64,000 bases of DNA from Candidatus Methanophaga sp. AG-394-G06 (GCA_009903405.1 PRCZ01000002.1:912-64911), one strand, 5' to 3'. Counted from the stretch's first letter, positions 49,825 to 58,771 are shown. A program made the numbers and translations. The notes: generated by a model not told the origin, from the sequence alone.

Positions 49825-50691
49825 CTAATTTATACCATCCCACACCACCTTTATCGCATCCGATACCACCCCTTCTGCGAATTCAACCACCGGCATACCC
49901 GCAACCATCGCTTCAGTGACCACGGAGTCGTATGGTATGTTGCCAACAACTTGTATTCCTCGCTGTCTGCAAAACTCGGTAATCCTCTTGCTGTTCTCTT
50001 CATTAATGTCGTATTTATTGATGCAGACGGCGGAAGCAATACCGAAATGTCTGGTCACATCCATGATTCGTTCGAGGTCATGCAGTCCGGACATCGTGGG
50101 CTCGGTAACGATGAGCGCAAGGTCCACACCGGCCAATGACGCAATTACAGGGCAGCCGATGCCCGGCGATCCGTCAATCAGAATGAGTTCACAGCCCTCT
50201 TTTTCTGCAACCTGCTGTGCATTGTTTCTAACAACAGTGACCAGTTTTCCTGATGCCTCTTCCGCGATATTGAGCTGCGCATGCACCATTGTGCCATAGT
50301 TAGTCTTTGATATAAATGCATAGCCCGAGACACGTTCTTTCAGCGTAACCGCTTCCTGTGGACACGTAAACACACAAGCGCCACAGCCCTCACAACGTGC
50401 GGGATTGACTGCATAGCCTGATTCTTCGGTCGAAGCAATAGCGTTGAATCGACATGTTTCTTCGCACGTTCCACACTCGGAGCATAGCGTTTTATCTATA
50501 ACGGCAACTTTCACGCCTTTAAACTCCTCCTTCTTTATGATTTCCGGATGTAGCAGCAGATGGAGGTCTGGTGCGTCTACATCGCAGTCTACAATGACTT
50601 TGTTCTCTACAAGGGCCGCGAACGAGCCCACAAGGGTTGTCTTCCCCGTGCCACCTTTTCCACTAATAACCGTTATTTGTTTCATTTGCAT
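49825..50691 (-). CDS. MinD/ParA-like P-loop ATPase with two 4Fe-4S motifs (COG1149)
   Basis: SGKGGTGKTT, DCDVDAPDL, CSECGTC, CEGCGAC, SGKLV, DGSPGIGCPV, VTEPT. Confidence 0.9.
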   Translation of the reverse strand: MQMKQITVISGKGGTGKTTLVGSFAALVENKVIVDCDVDAPDLHLLLHPEIIKKEEFKGVKVAVIDKTLCSECGTCEETCRFNAIASTEESGYAVNPARCEGCGACVFTCPQEAVTLKERVSGYAFISKTNYGTMVHAQLNIAEEASGKLVTVVRNNAQQVAEKEGCELILIDGSPGIGCPVIASLAGVDLALIVTEPTMSGLHDLERIMDVTRHFGIASAVCINKYDINEENSKRITEFCRQRGIQVVGNIPYDSVVTEAMVAGMPVVEFAEGVVSDAIKVVWDGIN

Positions 50692-50700
50692 ATACCTTTT

Positions 50701-50852
50701 ATAATCACAAGATTACACACATTTTTACAAAAACCCTTTTCTTAGAAAGAAAAGCTGTACCAAAAGAACTATTTTTTCTTTTAGCACAGGCTAAATTTTC
50801 TTTTTTAAAAAAGAAAAAGTGTTGTGTAAATCTTGTGTAATCTCGTGGTTAT
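50701..50852. mobile_element. ~150-bp MITE-like element between the two ATPase genes
   Basis: 18-bp TIRs ATAATCACAAGATTACAC / GTGTAATCTCGTGGTTAT (2 mismatches); internal REP-like hairpins; partial copy at 4565-4632. Confidence 0.7.
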
Positions 50853-51682
50853 AATAGAACTTTATCAATTATCCCTGCAAATCGCTCCTTCCACTCCGGC
50901 ATCGCCTTCACAAAGGGCACGCCCTCAGAATAGTAACGTGCAATCCGCGTGTCATGTGGAATCTCAAGCAAAATCGGAATCCCTTCCTTCTCGCAGTACT
51001 CATACACCTTTCGATCCCCAATCCCTGCTTTATTTATAACCATGCCAAAAGGAATCTTAAGCACTCTGAGCACCTCAACTGCAAGCCTCAAATCGTAGAG
51101 CCCAAACGGGGTGGGCTCAGTCACAAGAATGCAGTAATCGCTTCCTTGCACGGCTGCAATCACCGGGCATGCCGTTCCCGGTGATACATCAATAATCACT
51201 GTCTTTTCCGGATCAAGGTCCGCTTTTACCTGGTCGATCAGCGGTGTTGCCATTATCTCCCCGATATTCAACACCCCGTACACGAGGTCAACGTTGCCGT
51301 CACCGCTTTTTCCTGTTTTTATAACGCCGATCTCCCTCGGTTCCTCGCTGATCGCATCCTGCGGGCATACTAAGGAACATAACCCACAGCCGTGGCAAAG
51401 TTCCGGAAACAGCATTACTTCTTTTTGTGGCACCGCAACAAGAGCGTTGTATTCACACGCCGCAGCACACTTACCGCAGTAATCACACAAATCGTAATTG
51501 ACCCTTGGCACCAGCGTATACGCCGGCTTTATCTCCTCGATCACCGGATTAAGGAAGATATGTGAATTTGGCTCTTCTACATCGCAATCCATTAATTGTA
51601 CGTTCGAAAGCGACAGAGCCAGATTAACAGCTACGGTTGTCTTTCCCGTACCGCCTTTGCCGCTTGCTACCGCAATAATCAT
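50849..51682 (-). CDS. MinD/ParA-like P-loop ATPase with two 4Fe-4S motifs (COG1149)
   Basis: ASGKGGTGKTT, DCDVEEPN, CDYCGKC, CHGCGLC, PGTACPV, VTEPTPFG; start probably MIIAV (ORF extends to 51736). Confidence 0.9.
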   Translation of the reverse strand: MIIAVASGKGGTGKTTVAVNLALSLSNVQLMDCDVEEPNSHIFLNPVIEEIKPAYTLVPRVNYDLCDYCGKCAAACEYNALVAVPQKEVMLFPELCHGCGLCSLVCPQDAISEEPREIGVIKTGKSGDGNVDLVYGVLNIGEIMATPLIDQVKADLDPEKTVIIDVSPGTACPVIAAVQGSDYCILVTEPTPFGLYDLRLAVEVLRVLKIPFGMVINKAGIGDRKVYEYCEKEGIPILLEIPHDTRIARYYSEGVPFVKAMPEWKERFAGIIDKVLL

Positions 51683-51714
51683 CGGTTCACCGTTTTGTTG
51701 CATTGTGCGTCCCA

Positions 51715-52074
51715 TTAATGCCGGTGCATTTTGCACGCATTGGCATCACTAGCTTCGTTGAGTCTCCCTGCCTGAAAAGCGCTTATTGCTTCGCTTACCG
51801 TACCACTGGCGCCTACATACACCTCTATCCCCAACTGTTCAAACGCGCTTATTGCACGAGGGCCTAATCCGGAACAGAGCATTATCTCTGCACCCGCACC
51901 TGCTACGAGATCCGGTGTATTGCCTACACCGCCAAAATGTTCACCCGTGTTCTGCACAATTTCCACCTTGTTACTCACCATATCCACAACAGTAAATGTT
52001 GGTGCTCTTCCAAAATGCTCACTTACAAGATCTTCCAATCCTCCATTTCCCAATGAGGGAATGCATAGTTTCAT
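51715..52074 (-). CDS. NifB/NifX (Orange protein-like) family protein
   Basis: VSEHFGRAP.F, GLGPRA, C-terminal ACKMHRH. Confidence 0.88.
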   Translation of the reverse strand: MKLCIPSLGNGGLEDLVSEHFGRAPTFTVVDMVSNKVEIVQNTGEHFGGVGNTPDLVAGAGAEIMLCSGLGPRAISAFEQLGIEVYVGASGTVSEAISAFQAGRLNEASDANACKMHRH

Positions 52075-52078
52075 ATGT

Positions 52079-52570
52079 TCATCTCCTCTCTTTTTTATTC
52101 CTCTTTTTATTCCTATTCTTATTCTTACTCTTATAATCTTCCAGAGCTGCTCTTAGCGTGTCCATTGCAAGCACAGAGCAATGAATGTTTTCTTCCGGTA
52201 AACCACCCAAAACGGATAAAACGTCCTTGCCCTCTACCGTGAGTGCTTCTTCGATTGTCTTACCTTTCACCAGTTCTGTAACCACGCTTCCACATGCCAT
52301 TGAAGCACCACAACCATCGGTTATGAATTTGCAATCTACGATTTTATTCTCTTCAACTTTAATATGCATCTGCAGTGTGTCTCCGCAGGGGCCGGTTACT
52401 CTGGCAGCACCACTGGGGGCTTCCAGTTCACCAACGTTTTTTGGGTTGTATGCCGCCTCAAGTGTCTTCTCAGTGTATATTCCCCTTTCCTCTTCTAATA
52501 TTTCCTCTTCCATCTTCTTGGTTAGTTCATCGAAATCGGAAGTTTCATTTTTTTCGGTTATTTTTTCCAT
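52079..52570 (-). CDS. NifU/IscU-like Fe-S scaffold
   Basis: NPKNVG, GPCGD, DGCG...ACGS, LGGLP..HC. Confidence 0.88.
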   Translation of the reverse strand: MEKITEKNETSDFDELTKKMEEEILEEERGIYTEKTLEAAYNPKNVGELEAPSGAARVTGPCGDTLQMHIKVEENKIVDCKFITDGCGASMACGSVVTELVKGKTIEEALTVEGKDVLSVLGGLPEENIHCSVLAMDTLRAALEDYKSKNKNRNKKRNKKERR

Positions 52571-52619
52571 TTTACCTGCATTTCATCACGCATTTTTTAA
52601 CGTTTAAATATTTACACAC

Positions 52620-52931
52620 TTATAGCTCTTCGATACTTCTTTCCATCTCTTCAACTTTGGACCTTACGACGTTTAATTGCGTTTTTAGCCTCTCTAGTAC
52701 TGGATCTCTCTGCAAAATTGGAGATGAATGTGGGGCTATTTGGATGGCACCCTTTGGACAAGCCCGTACACAAGCAGTGCAGCAGATACACCTGTTAAAA
52801 TCCACTACTGCTTTTTTATCAACAATTCCAATCGCACCGGTACAGCAAACCGCGGTGCACTTTCCACACCCTACGCATAGTTCTTCGTTAACAAAAGCTT
52901 TCCAAGCTAATGATTGTATAGATTGCTGCAT
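52620..52931 (-). CDS. 2[4Fe-4S] ferredoxin with C-terminal coiled coil
   Basis: CVGCGKC..C and CICCTAC..CP; [25 protein letters not shown] tail. Confidence 0.85.
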   Translation of the reverse strand: MQQSIQSLAWKAFVNEELCVGCGKCTAVCCTGAIGIVDKKAVVDFNRCICCTACVRACPKGAIQIAPHSSPILQRDPVLERLKTQLNVVRSKVEEMERSIEEL

Positions 52932-53043
52932 AGCACACTAAAAAAGAAAAAGGAGCAAGAAAGAGCTATCTTCTCGCTTTTCCACACAGTTCGCATTTAC
53001 CCATTCCCTTCTCCTCATGTTTCTAATTGGCCCTTTCCACTCT

Positions 53044-53361
53044 TTACTTTCTCAGTTCTTCCAGTCTCTTCTTTATCTGCTCTAACTGGTCCCCAAGCAT
53101 CTGTGCCTGCGATTCGAGCATAGAAATCTCCTGCTCTTTCGGCACTGCTGCCATGCCCATTGGTGCAACCGGTGCAACTGCTGGTGCTTGCTGCTGTATC
53201 CAAGAAGCAAACTGCGGCATCTGTCCTGTCTGTGTGAGATACTGTGCACCCGGCGGCATTCCCGTTGGGCTTCTTCCTACCCAACCCGGAGAGTATCCAA
53301 ATCGCATCCAGCCGGGTAAACCAGTCAGATAATACATGTTTCTGTGTCTATTTCCTCCCAT
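53044..53361 (-). CDS. DUF5320-like protein, copy 2
   Basis: Identical to 39643-39960 except the first residues. Confidence 0.8.
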   Translation of the reverse strand: MGGNRHRNMYYLTGLPGWMRFGYSPGWVGRSPTGMPPGAQYLTQTGQMPQFASWIQQQAPAVAPVAPMGMAAVPKEQEISMLESQAQMLGDQLEQIKKRLEELRK

Positions 53362-53388
53362 TTTTTTCTTATCGCCTCCTAATTTTTT

Positions 53389-53592
53389 TTATGGTCTCGC
53401 CATTTTAGACCCGCATTTTGGGCAGCTCTGCTGATAGCATGGCACCCCCGTTTGATGCGACATTGTATAGCCACAATTCGGGCATCGACAATCTCCGGCA
53501 GGACCCAATCCGCTGCCACCCATTCTCCCTTGCCCTTGACCTCCTCGTCCTATTCCTTGACCTCTTCCTCCTCCTCTACCCATGCCACTCAT
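53389..53592 (-). CDS. RGG-rich small CxxC protein, copy 2
   Basis: Paralog of 39988-40191. Confidence 0.8.
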   Translation of the reverse strand: MSGMGRGGGRGQGIGRGGQGQGRMGGSGLGPAGDCRCPNCGYTMSHQTGVPCYQQSCPKCGSKMARP

Positions 53593-53603
53593 CTTATTTT
53601 ACG

Positions 53604-54248
53604 TCACCTCTTTTTAAGTTCTTCTAGCCTCTTCTTCACTTCTTCCAAATCTTTCACCAGTCTATTAGCCATGTTCGATAGGTCTTCGATTTCTTCTTCT
53701 TTCGTTCGAGGCTTTATTGGTGCCTGCGGCGCTTGTGGTTGCGAAGGCAGTGGTTGCTGCATGCCAAGTCCCATACCTCTGCCCATACCTCTGCCCATGC
53801 CTTGCCCTCTACCGCCGCCTCGTCCTCCGCCCATGCCCATACCCATGCTCGTGCCCATGCCAAATCCGCCACCCGGTGCAGTAGCGCCCATACCAGCATG
53901 AGCAGCTACTGTTGAAGTACCTGTCTCACCTAACTTACCGCCTTTATACATCTCAACAGCTTCTTGTACCGTGCCATAAGCGCCTGTTCCAATTTTCACA
54001 CCAGCGGTGGACAACACTTGAAAAGCATTGGGACCTATATTCCCCGAAATGACTACATTCACACCTTTATTCACCATTGTTTGTGCCGCCTGAATTCCCG
54101 CTCCACCCGGTGCGGCAATCGCTTCGTTCGCCATCGCTTCAAATGCCATTGTCTCCGAATCTACGATTACAAAGTATTGGCACCTTCCAAACCTCGGGTC
54201 TACCTGTGCATTCAGGTCTCCTGCCGTTGCGGTTACGCATATCTTCAT
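53604..54248 (-). CDS. NifB/NifX domain + GM/RGG tract + coiled coil, copy 2
   Basis: Paralog of 40414-41028 with longer GM repeats. Confidence 0.88.
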   Translation of the reverse strand: MKICVTATAGDLNAQVDPRFGRCQYFVIVDSETMAFEAMANEAIAAPGGAGIQAAQTMVNKGVNVVISGNIGPNAFQVLSTAGVKIGTGAYGTVQEAVEMYKGGKLGETGTSTVAAHAGMGATAPGGGFGMGTSMGMGMGGGRGGGRGQGMGRGMGRGMGLGMQQPLPSQPQAPQAPIKPRTKEEEIEDLSNMANRLVKDLEEVKKRLEELKKR

Positions 54249-54297
54249 CTTTATCTTTCACCTTCTTCCTATAGATTTTGATTTTTTCTTCTTTATG

Positions 54298-54311
54298 TGA
54301 ATATATATTCA
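54298..54311. promoter_or_regulatory. Palindromic candidate operator TGAATATATATTCA
   Basis: Directly downstream (minus strand) of a TTTATATA TATA-like box at ~54318-54325. Confidence 0.7.
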
Positions 54312-54332
54312 TATGAGTATATAAATGATAGA

Positions 54333-54734
54333 CTATGATGAAACCAAAGGATCTCCACCACGCCCATGTCTCCCTCTTTTCCAGTCAGGAGACAGTTTCG
54401 AAAGGGGCACATGCGTTTCATTGTTAGCACTCAATATTACATAATTACCGCCTTCTATTCTTATTGCTTTCCCTTCAACAAAAGCTTCTGCTATCTTCCG
54501 ATGTGCTTCGCTTACTATTCGATGGAATGTAGGTTGCGAAACGCCCATTTTTTTCGCTGCTTCTTCCTGACTTAGCCGCTGATAGTCTTTAAGCCTTATG
54601 CTCTCCAGTTCTTCCACTTTCAATATCAATCTTTCATAGACCTCAGGATTAGGCGTTCTTTCACCTCGTCGTGGCTCGAAGAGGAGGAAATTTGGCTTGA
54701 CGCTTACGCACCTGCACAGTCTTCGCCCTGGCAT
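54333..54734 (-). CDS. DUF134 (UPF0251) predicted DNA-binding regulator
   Basis: EELESIRLKD..LSQEEAA.KMGVSQPTF.RI..A.RKIA.A.VEGKAI.IEGG; probable start MPGRR at 54734. Confidence 0.88.
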   Translation of the reverse strand: MPGRRLCRCVSVKPNFLLFEPRRGERTPNPEVYERLILKVEELESIRLKDYQRLSQEEAAKKMGVSQPTFHRIVSEAHRKIAEAFVEGKAIRIEGGNYVILSANNETHVPLSKLSPDWKRGRHGRGGDPLVSS

Positions 54735-54737
54735 ATA

Positions 54738-54751
54738 TGAATATATATTCA
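54738..54751. promoter_or_regulatory. Palindromic candidate operator upstream of DUF134
   Basis: TGAATATATATTCA 4-17 nt upstream of the probable ATG. Confidence 0.7.
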
Positions 54752-54852
54752 CAATACACGTTAAAGTTTCACACTTTAATTTTTTCGAGATGTTGCAATC
54801 TTGAGAATACTAGCAGTACAACATGAAAAAGTCGGATCTTCAGCAGAGTGTC

Positions 54853-56037
54853 TTAACCCCCCTTCTTACCCTTATACCCCTTATATACCTCACGTTGTAT
54901 AATAAACCGCATTATCTCATTTGTGCCCGCGGGAATCATAGACAACCTCGCCATCCGGAACGCCCATTCCGCGGGATATTCGTCTGCGAGTCCCCGGCCA
55001 CCCAATATCTGTACAGTGTTATGCGCAACTTCGTAAAACGCCTCAGAAGCAAGAAGCTTTGCCATCGCCGATTCCTGCTCTGCTTCGAACCCCCCATCAA
55101 TCAGCCTAACGGTATGATAGACCATCAACTTAGCAGCTTCTAACTTCGTCACCATGTCCGCGATTTTGAAACTTATTGCCTCGAATCGGCTTATCGCGGT
55201 CCCGAACTGCTCCCTATCCATTGAATATTCGACCGCGAGTTCTAGTATTGGTCTCGCCTCGCCAACTAACATCGCGGCATATAACACTCGCTCAATAGAT
55301 AACTCATCGAACATTACCCTTGCCCCTTCGTTCTCGCCGCCGAGCATATTTTTCCCCGGTACTCGCACATCATCAAACCTGAGATAAGAATTTACCGTGC
55401 CTGGAAACCCGCCCAGTAGCTTATAATCACGCTTCACCTCAAACCCCTTAGTGTCTGATTCCACAATGAACACGCTTATTCCCTTTGCCGGATCAACCAC
55501 AGGATTTGTTATCGCCCATACTAAGAGGACATCCGCTTTACTACCATTTGTTATGTTCCTCTTCTCTCCACAGATCAGATACTCATCGCCTTTTCGCTCT
55601 GCGCTTGTCTTGATACGCATAACGTCACTTCCCGCTTCGGGCTCAGTTATCGCAATTGCACCGATCTTAGCACCGCTTTTCATTGCAGGCAAATAGATAC
55701 TCTTCTGCTCCTCGTTACCATACCGTGCAATCGTTGCGTATGCATAAGAGGAGGTGGAATGTATCCATGCGAGCGGCACGCAAGCAGCACCAAGTTCCTC
55801 TGCCAATATCGCTTCATATACCAATTTCCCCCTGCCACCATATTCTTCGGGCAATACAGGCGCTAAGAAGCAGGCATCGCCTAGTTTAGCGTAGAGTGCT
55901 CGCGGATAAAAATCCCGTTCATATATCTCACGCTCTATCTTCTTCGCATCCACGCCCTCAAGGAACGCTCTCAGCGATTCTCTGAATTCGCTCTCAGCCG
56001 CAGAGAAAAGGATCTCTTCTTTATTTTGCATCTTCAT
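54853..56037 (-). CDS. Acyl-CoA dehydrogenase
   Basis: PEEYGG, AITEPEAGSD, GEK..ITNG, REQFG..I..F, QILGG.G, GTNEIMR. Confidence 0.92.
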   Translation of the reverse strand: MKMQNKEEILFSAAESEFRESLRAFLEGVDAKKIEREIYERDFYPRALYAKLGDACFLAPVLPEEYGGRGKLVYEAILAEELGAACVPLAWIHSTSSYAYATIARYGNEEQKSIYLPAMKSGAKIGAIAITEPEAGSDVMRIKTSAERKGDEYLICGEKRNITNGSKADVLLVWAITNPVVDPAKGISVFIVESDTKGFEVKRDYKLLGGFPGTVNSYLRFDDVRVPGKNMLGGENEGARVMFDELSIERVLYAAMLVGEARPILELAVEYSMDREQFGTAISRFEAISFKIADMVTKLEAAKLMVYHTVRLIDGGFEAEQESAMAKLLASEAFYEVAHNTVQILGGRGLADEYPAEWAFRMARLSMIPAGTNEIMRFIIQREVYKGYKGKKGG

Positions 56038-56040
56038 TTC

Positions 56041-56946
56041 TCACGCGAATTTAGCAACAAGTTCGCCCCTTCTCACTCCTATATCATCCGCTATTGGTTC
56101 GCATTTCGCTCTGAAGAGGTATATTAACCGGCCGTTCAGATCTAACTTCGATTCAAACTCGGATATTGATTCGTAGTTCCCCATCCCCTTCGCTATCACC
56201 AGATACCTATCATCGCTGAACACGTCCATGAACTCCCCCTCCGCTTCTTCTAATGATACACCTATGTATGCGCCACTCGGAATTATCTTACACCCCGCTT
56301 CGGAAGAAGAGATACCCGCTTCCTTTAGATCTTCTATCGTTGCATCGTTTATAACAGGTGCGCTCTTCGGCGACACAATCACCTCTTTACCCATTTTTAT
56401 CAACTCCCTTATCACAAACACATCGAAAAATACCTCGCCTGCATTGTCCGTTAGATATATCAACCGCTCTCGGCTATTTATCGCGGCTAAAATCACGCTC
56501 CTATCCCAATTAAGTTTCTCGTTTAAAGTCCGCAAGAAATCACGTCTAAAAATTTCATCGCTGTATGAATACCCTTTTACGCCATATTCCATTGAATTCG
56601 CCGCTGCCGCTATCCGTATCAACGCTTCTAGTTTATCTCTTGCCGCATTGTAAAAGGTATACGCTTCTAAAAGCAACCCTTTTGCTACTTTGTTACTTCG
56701 CCGTTTTACCAATTCGTGAGGATCTTCCGCGCCACTTCGCCTCTTTAATATTCTCTCCCTCTCGGTGCCAAAAAAAACAGGCGCGTTCAGTTCACCTTCG
56801 AGATGTTCAAAAAGGAAAGCAATAAAATCCCTCAGCACAAGTATCTTTTCTTTATCATCCTCAAATAGAATATCACACTCATATTTCGTCCTTTCTACCA
56901 AGCAAGGGATACAGTCGGATTTAAGCTTCATTTCCTGTTTGTTCAA
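56041..56946 (-). CDS. DUF89/ARMT1-like damage-control phosphatase
   Basis: C.PC, AN, LTDNAGE.FFD, INDAT, AKGMGNYE, AKC. Confidence 0.88.
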   Translation of the reverse strand: MNKQEMKLKSDCIPCLVERTKYECDILFEDDKEKILVLRDFIAFLFEHLEGELNAPVFFGTERERILKRRSGAEDPHELVKRRSNKVAKGLLLEAYTFYNAARDKLEALIRIAAAANSMEYGVKGYSYSDEIFRRDFLRTLNEKLNWDRSVILAAINSRERLIYLTDNAGEVFFDVFVIRELIKMGKEVIVSPKSAPVINDATIEDLKEAGISSSEAGCKIIPSGAYIGVSLEEAEGEFMDVFSDDRYLVIAKGMGNYESISEFESKLDLNGRLIYLFRAKCEPIADDIGVRRGELVAKFA

Positions 56947-57094
56947 ACTTTAGAATGTGCCATCACAAATTTGAATACCTCATACAATAATAAATAAGAT
57001 AGAAATAAACATTTAAGCTATAGTAAAAGAGGATAAAAGAGAGGTAGCTTATAGGTTACAGATTAGAAGAAGAAGAAGGAGGAAAAAGGAAAAG

Positions 57095-58360
57095 ATGGTA
57101 GAGAAAGAGCATATGAATCTGGCAATGATTGGGCATATTGACCACGGCAAGTCAACGCTGTTGGGTCGGTTGCTAACAGAGGCAGGAGCGATAGATCCTC
57201 ATATAATAGAAGAGTACAGGAAAAAGGCAGCAGAGATAGGAAAAGCGACTTTTGAATATGCCTGGGTGATGGATACTTTGGCGGATGAAAGGGAGAGGGG
57301 AATAACAATAGATGTTGCCCACCAAAGGTTTGATACTAACAAGTATTATTATACGATTGTGGATTGCCCTGGACACAGGGATTTCGTAAAGAACATGATC
57401 ACCGGGACATCACAGGCTGATGCAGCGGTGTTGGTAGTAGATGCTAAGGACGGTATAATGGCTCAGACGAAGGAGCACGTATTCTTATCCAGAACTTTGG
57501 GTGTGACTCAGTTGATCATAGCTATAAATAAAATGGACCGTGTTAATTACGATCAGAAGCGCTATGAGGAGTTAAAAAAGGAGCTGCTAGCACTTCTGGG
57601 GTTGGTGGGCTACAAGGAGGAGCACGTCGTCTTTATTCCCGTTTCCGCACTTGATGGTGTGAATATAACAAAGAAAAGTGATAAAGAGTCCTGGTTCGAC
57701 GGGCCTACGCTTTTAGAAGCGTTAGACCTTATGAAAGTGCCGGATAAGCCAGTTAATCTTCCGCTTAGAATACCCGTGCAAGATGTATATACAATAACCG
57801 GTGTAGGGACCGTGCCTGTAGGGCGAGTGGAGACAGGGAAGATGAAGAAAGGAGACACCGTGATTTTCAACCCTCCTGCTGTGAAAGGAGAGGTGAAAAC
57901 AATAGAGATGCACCATGAGGAGATCGAAGAAGCTATCCCCGGTGATAACATCGGCTGGAATGTTCGTGGAATAAGCAGGACAGAGATAAGGCGAGGTGAT
58001 GTTTGTGGGCCTGTGGATAACCCGCCAACGATTGTTGATGAGTTCACGGCACAGATAGTTGTACTCCAGCATCCAAGTGCAATTACCGCTGGATATACCC
58101 CGGTTTTCCATACCCACACTGCGCAGGTCGCTGCTACGATACTGGAAATTACTAAGAAGATGGACCCTAAGACAGGAGCGACAGTGGAAGAAAACCCGGA
58201 CTTTATAAAAGCGGGCGATGCCGCTATCATAAAAGTAAAACCGACAAGACCTTTAGTCATCGAGCGTGTAAAGGAGATACCACAGCTCGGCCGGTTTGCA
58301 GTCCGGGACATGGGGCAAACAGTTGCTGCTGGTATGGTAATAGACCTAAAGGAGAAATAA
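57095..58360 (+). CDS. tuf: Translation elongation factor EF-1 alpha
   Basis: [46 protein letters not shown]. Confidence 0.97.
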   Translation: MVEKEHMNLAMIGHIDHGKSTLLGRLLTEAGAIDPHIIEEYRKKAAEIGKATFEYAWVMDTLADERERGITIDVAHQRFDTNKYYYTIVDCPGHRDFVKNMITGTSQADAAVLVVDAKDGIMAQTKEHVFLSRTLGVTQLIIAINKMDRVNYDQKRYEELKKELLALLGLVGYKEEHVVFIPVSALDGVNITKKSDKESWFDGPTLLEALDLMKVPDKPVNLPLRIPVQDVYTITGVGTVPVGRVETGKMKKGDTVIFNPPAVKGEVKTIEMHHEEIEEAIPGDNIGWNVRGISRTEIRRGDVCGPVDNPPTIVDEFTAQIVVLQHPSAITAGYTPVFHTHTAQVAATILEITKKMDPKTGATVEENPDFIKAGDAAIIKVKPTRPLVIERVKEIPQLGRFAVRDMGQTVAAGMVIDLKEK

Positions 58361-58388
58361 AGCAAGGCTAGCAGGAAGAGGGAACGAA

Positions 58389-58700
58389 ATGCATCAAAAA
58401 GCACGGATAAAACTATCGAGTATAGACCATATGAAATTGGATGAGATATGCCATCAAGTAAAAAAGATCGTTGAGACCACTGGTGTTAGAATGTCAGGCC
58501 CCATTCCTCTTCCCACAAAGAAGCTGATGGTTCCGTGTAGAAAAAGCCCGGATGGTGAAGGGTCCCCTACATGGGATCATTGGGAAATGCGCATACATAA
58601 GCGGCTGATAGACCTAGAAGCCGATGAGAGAGCTCTGCGGCAACTTATGCGCATACCCATACCCAAAGATGTCCATATAGAGATCGTATTGAAAGGCTAA
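58389..58700 (+). CDS. rpsJ: 30S ribosomal protein S10
   Basis: [27 protein letters not shown]. Confidence 0.97.
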   Translation: MHQKARIKLSSIDHMKLDEICHQVKKIVETTGVRMSGPIPLPTKKLMVPCRKSPDGEGSPTWDHWEMRIHKRLIDLEADERALRQLMRIPIPKDVHIEIVLKG

Positions 58701-58771
58701 AAATAGAAAGATATAAATGCTGGCAGTATCATATCTTGCATTTATAACATAAATGGAGGTAGTAATGTAAA

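Noticed and set aside
39638-53343. Identical repeat pair as a diversity-generating retroelement template/variable repeat
   Set aside because: No adenine-specific mismatches and no reverse transcriptase in the window
40414-54248. NifB/NifX and NifU genes as evidence of nitrogen fixation
   Set aside because: No nifHDK/ENB; the context matches the ORP/MTH1175-type cluster instead
57610-58404. 264-aa minus-strand ORF
   Set aside because: Antisense shadow of EF-1 alpha
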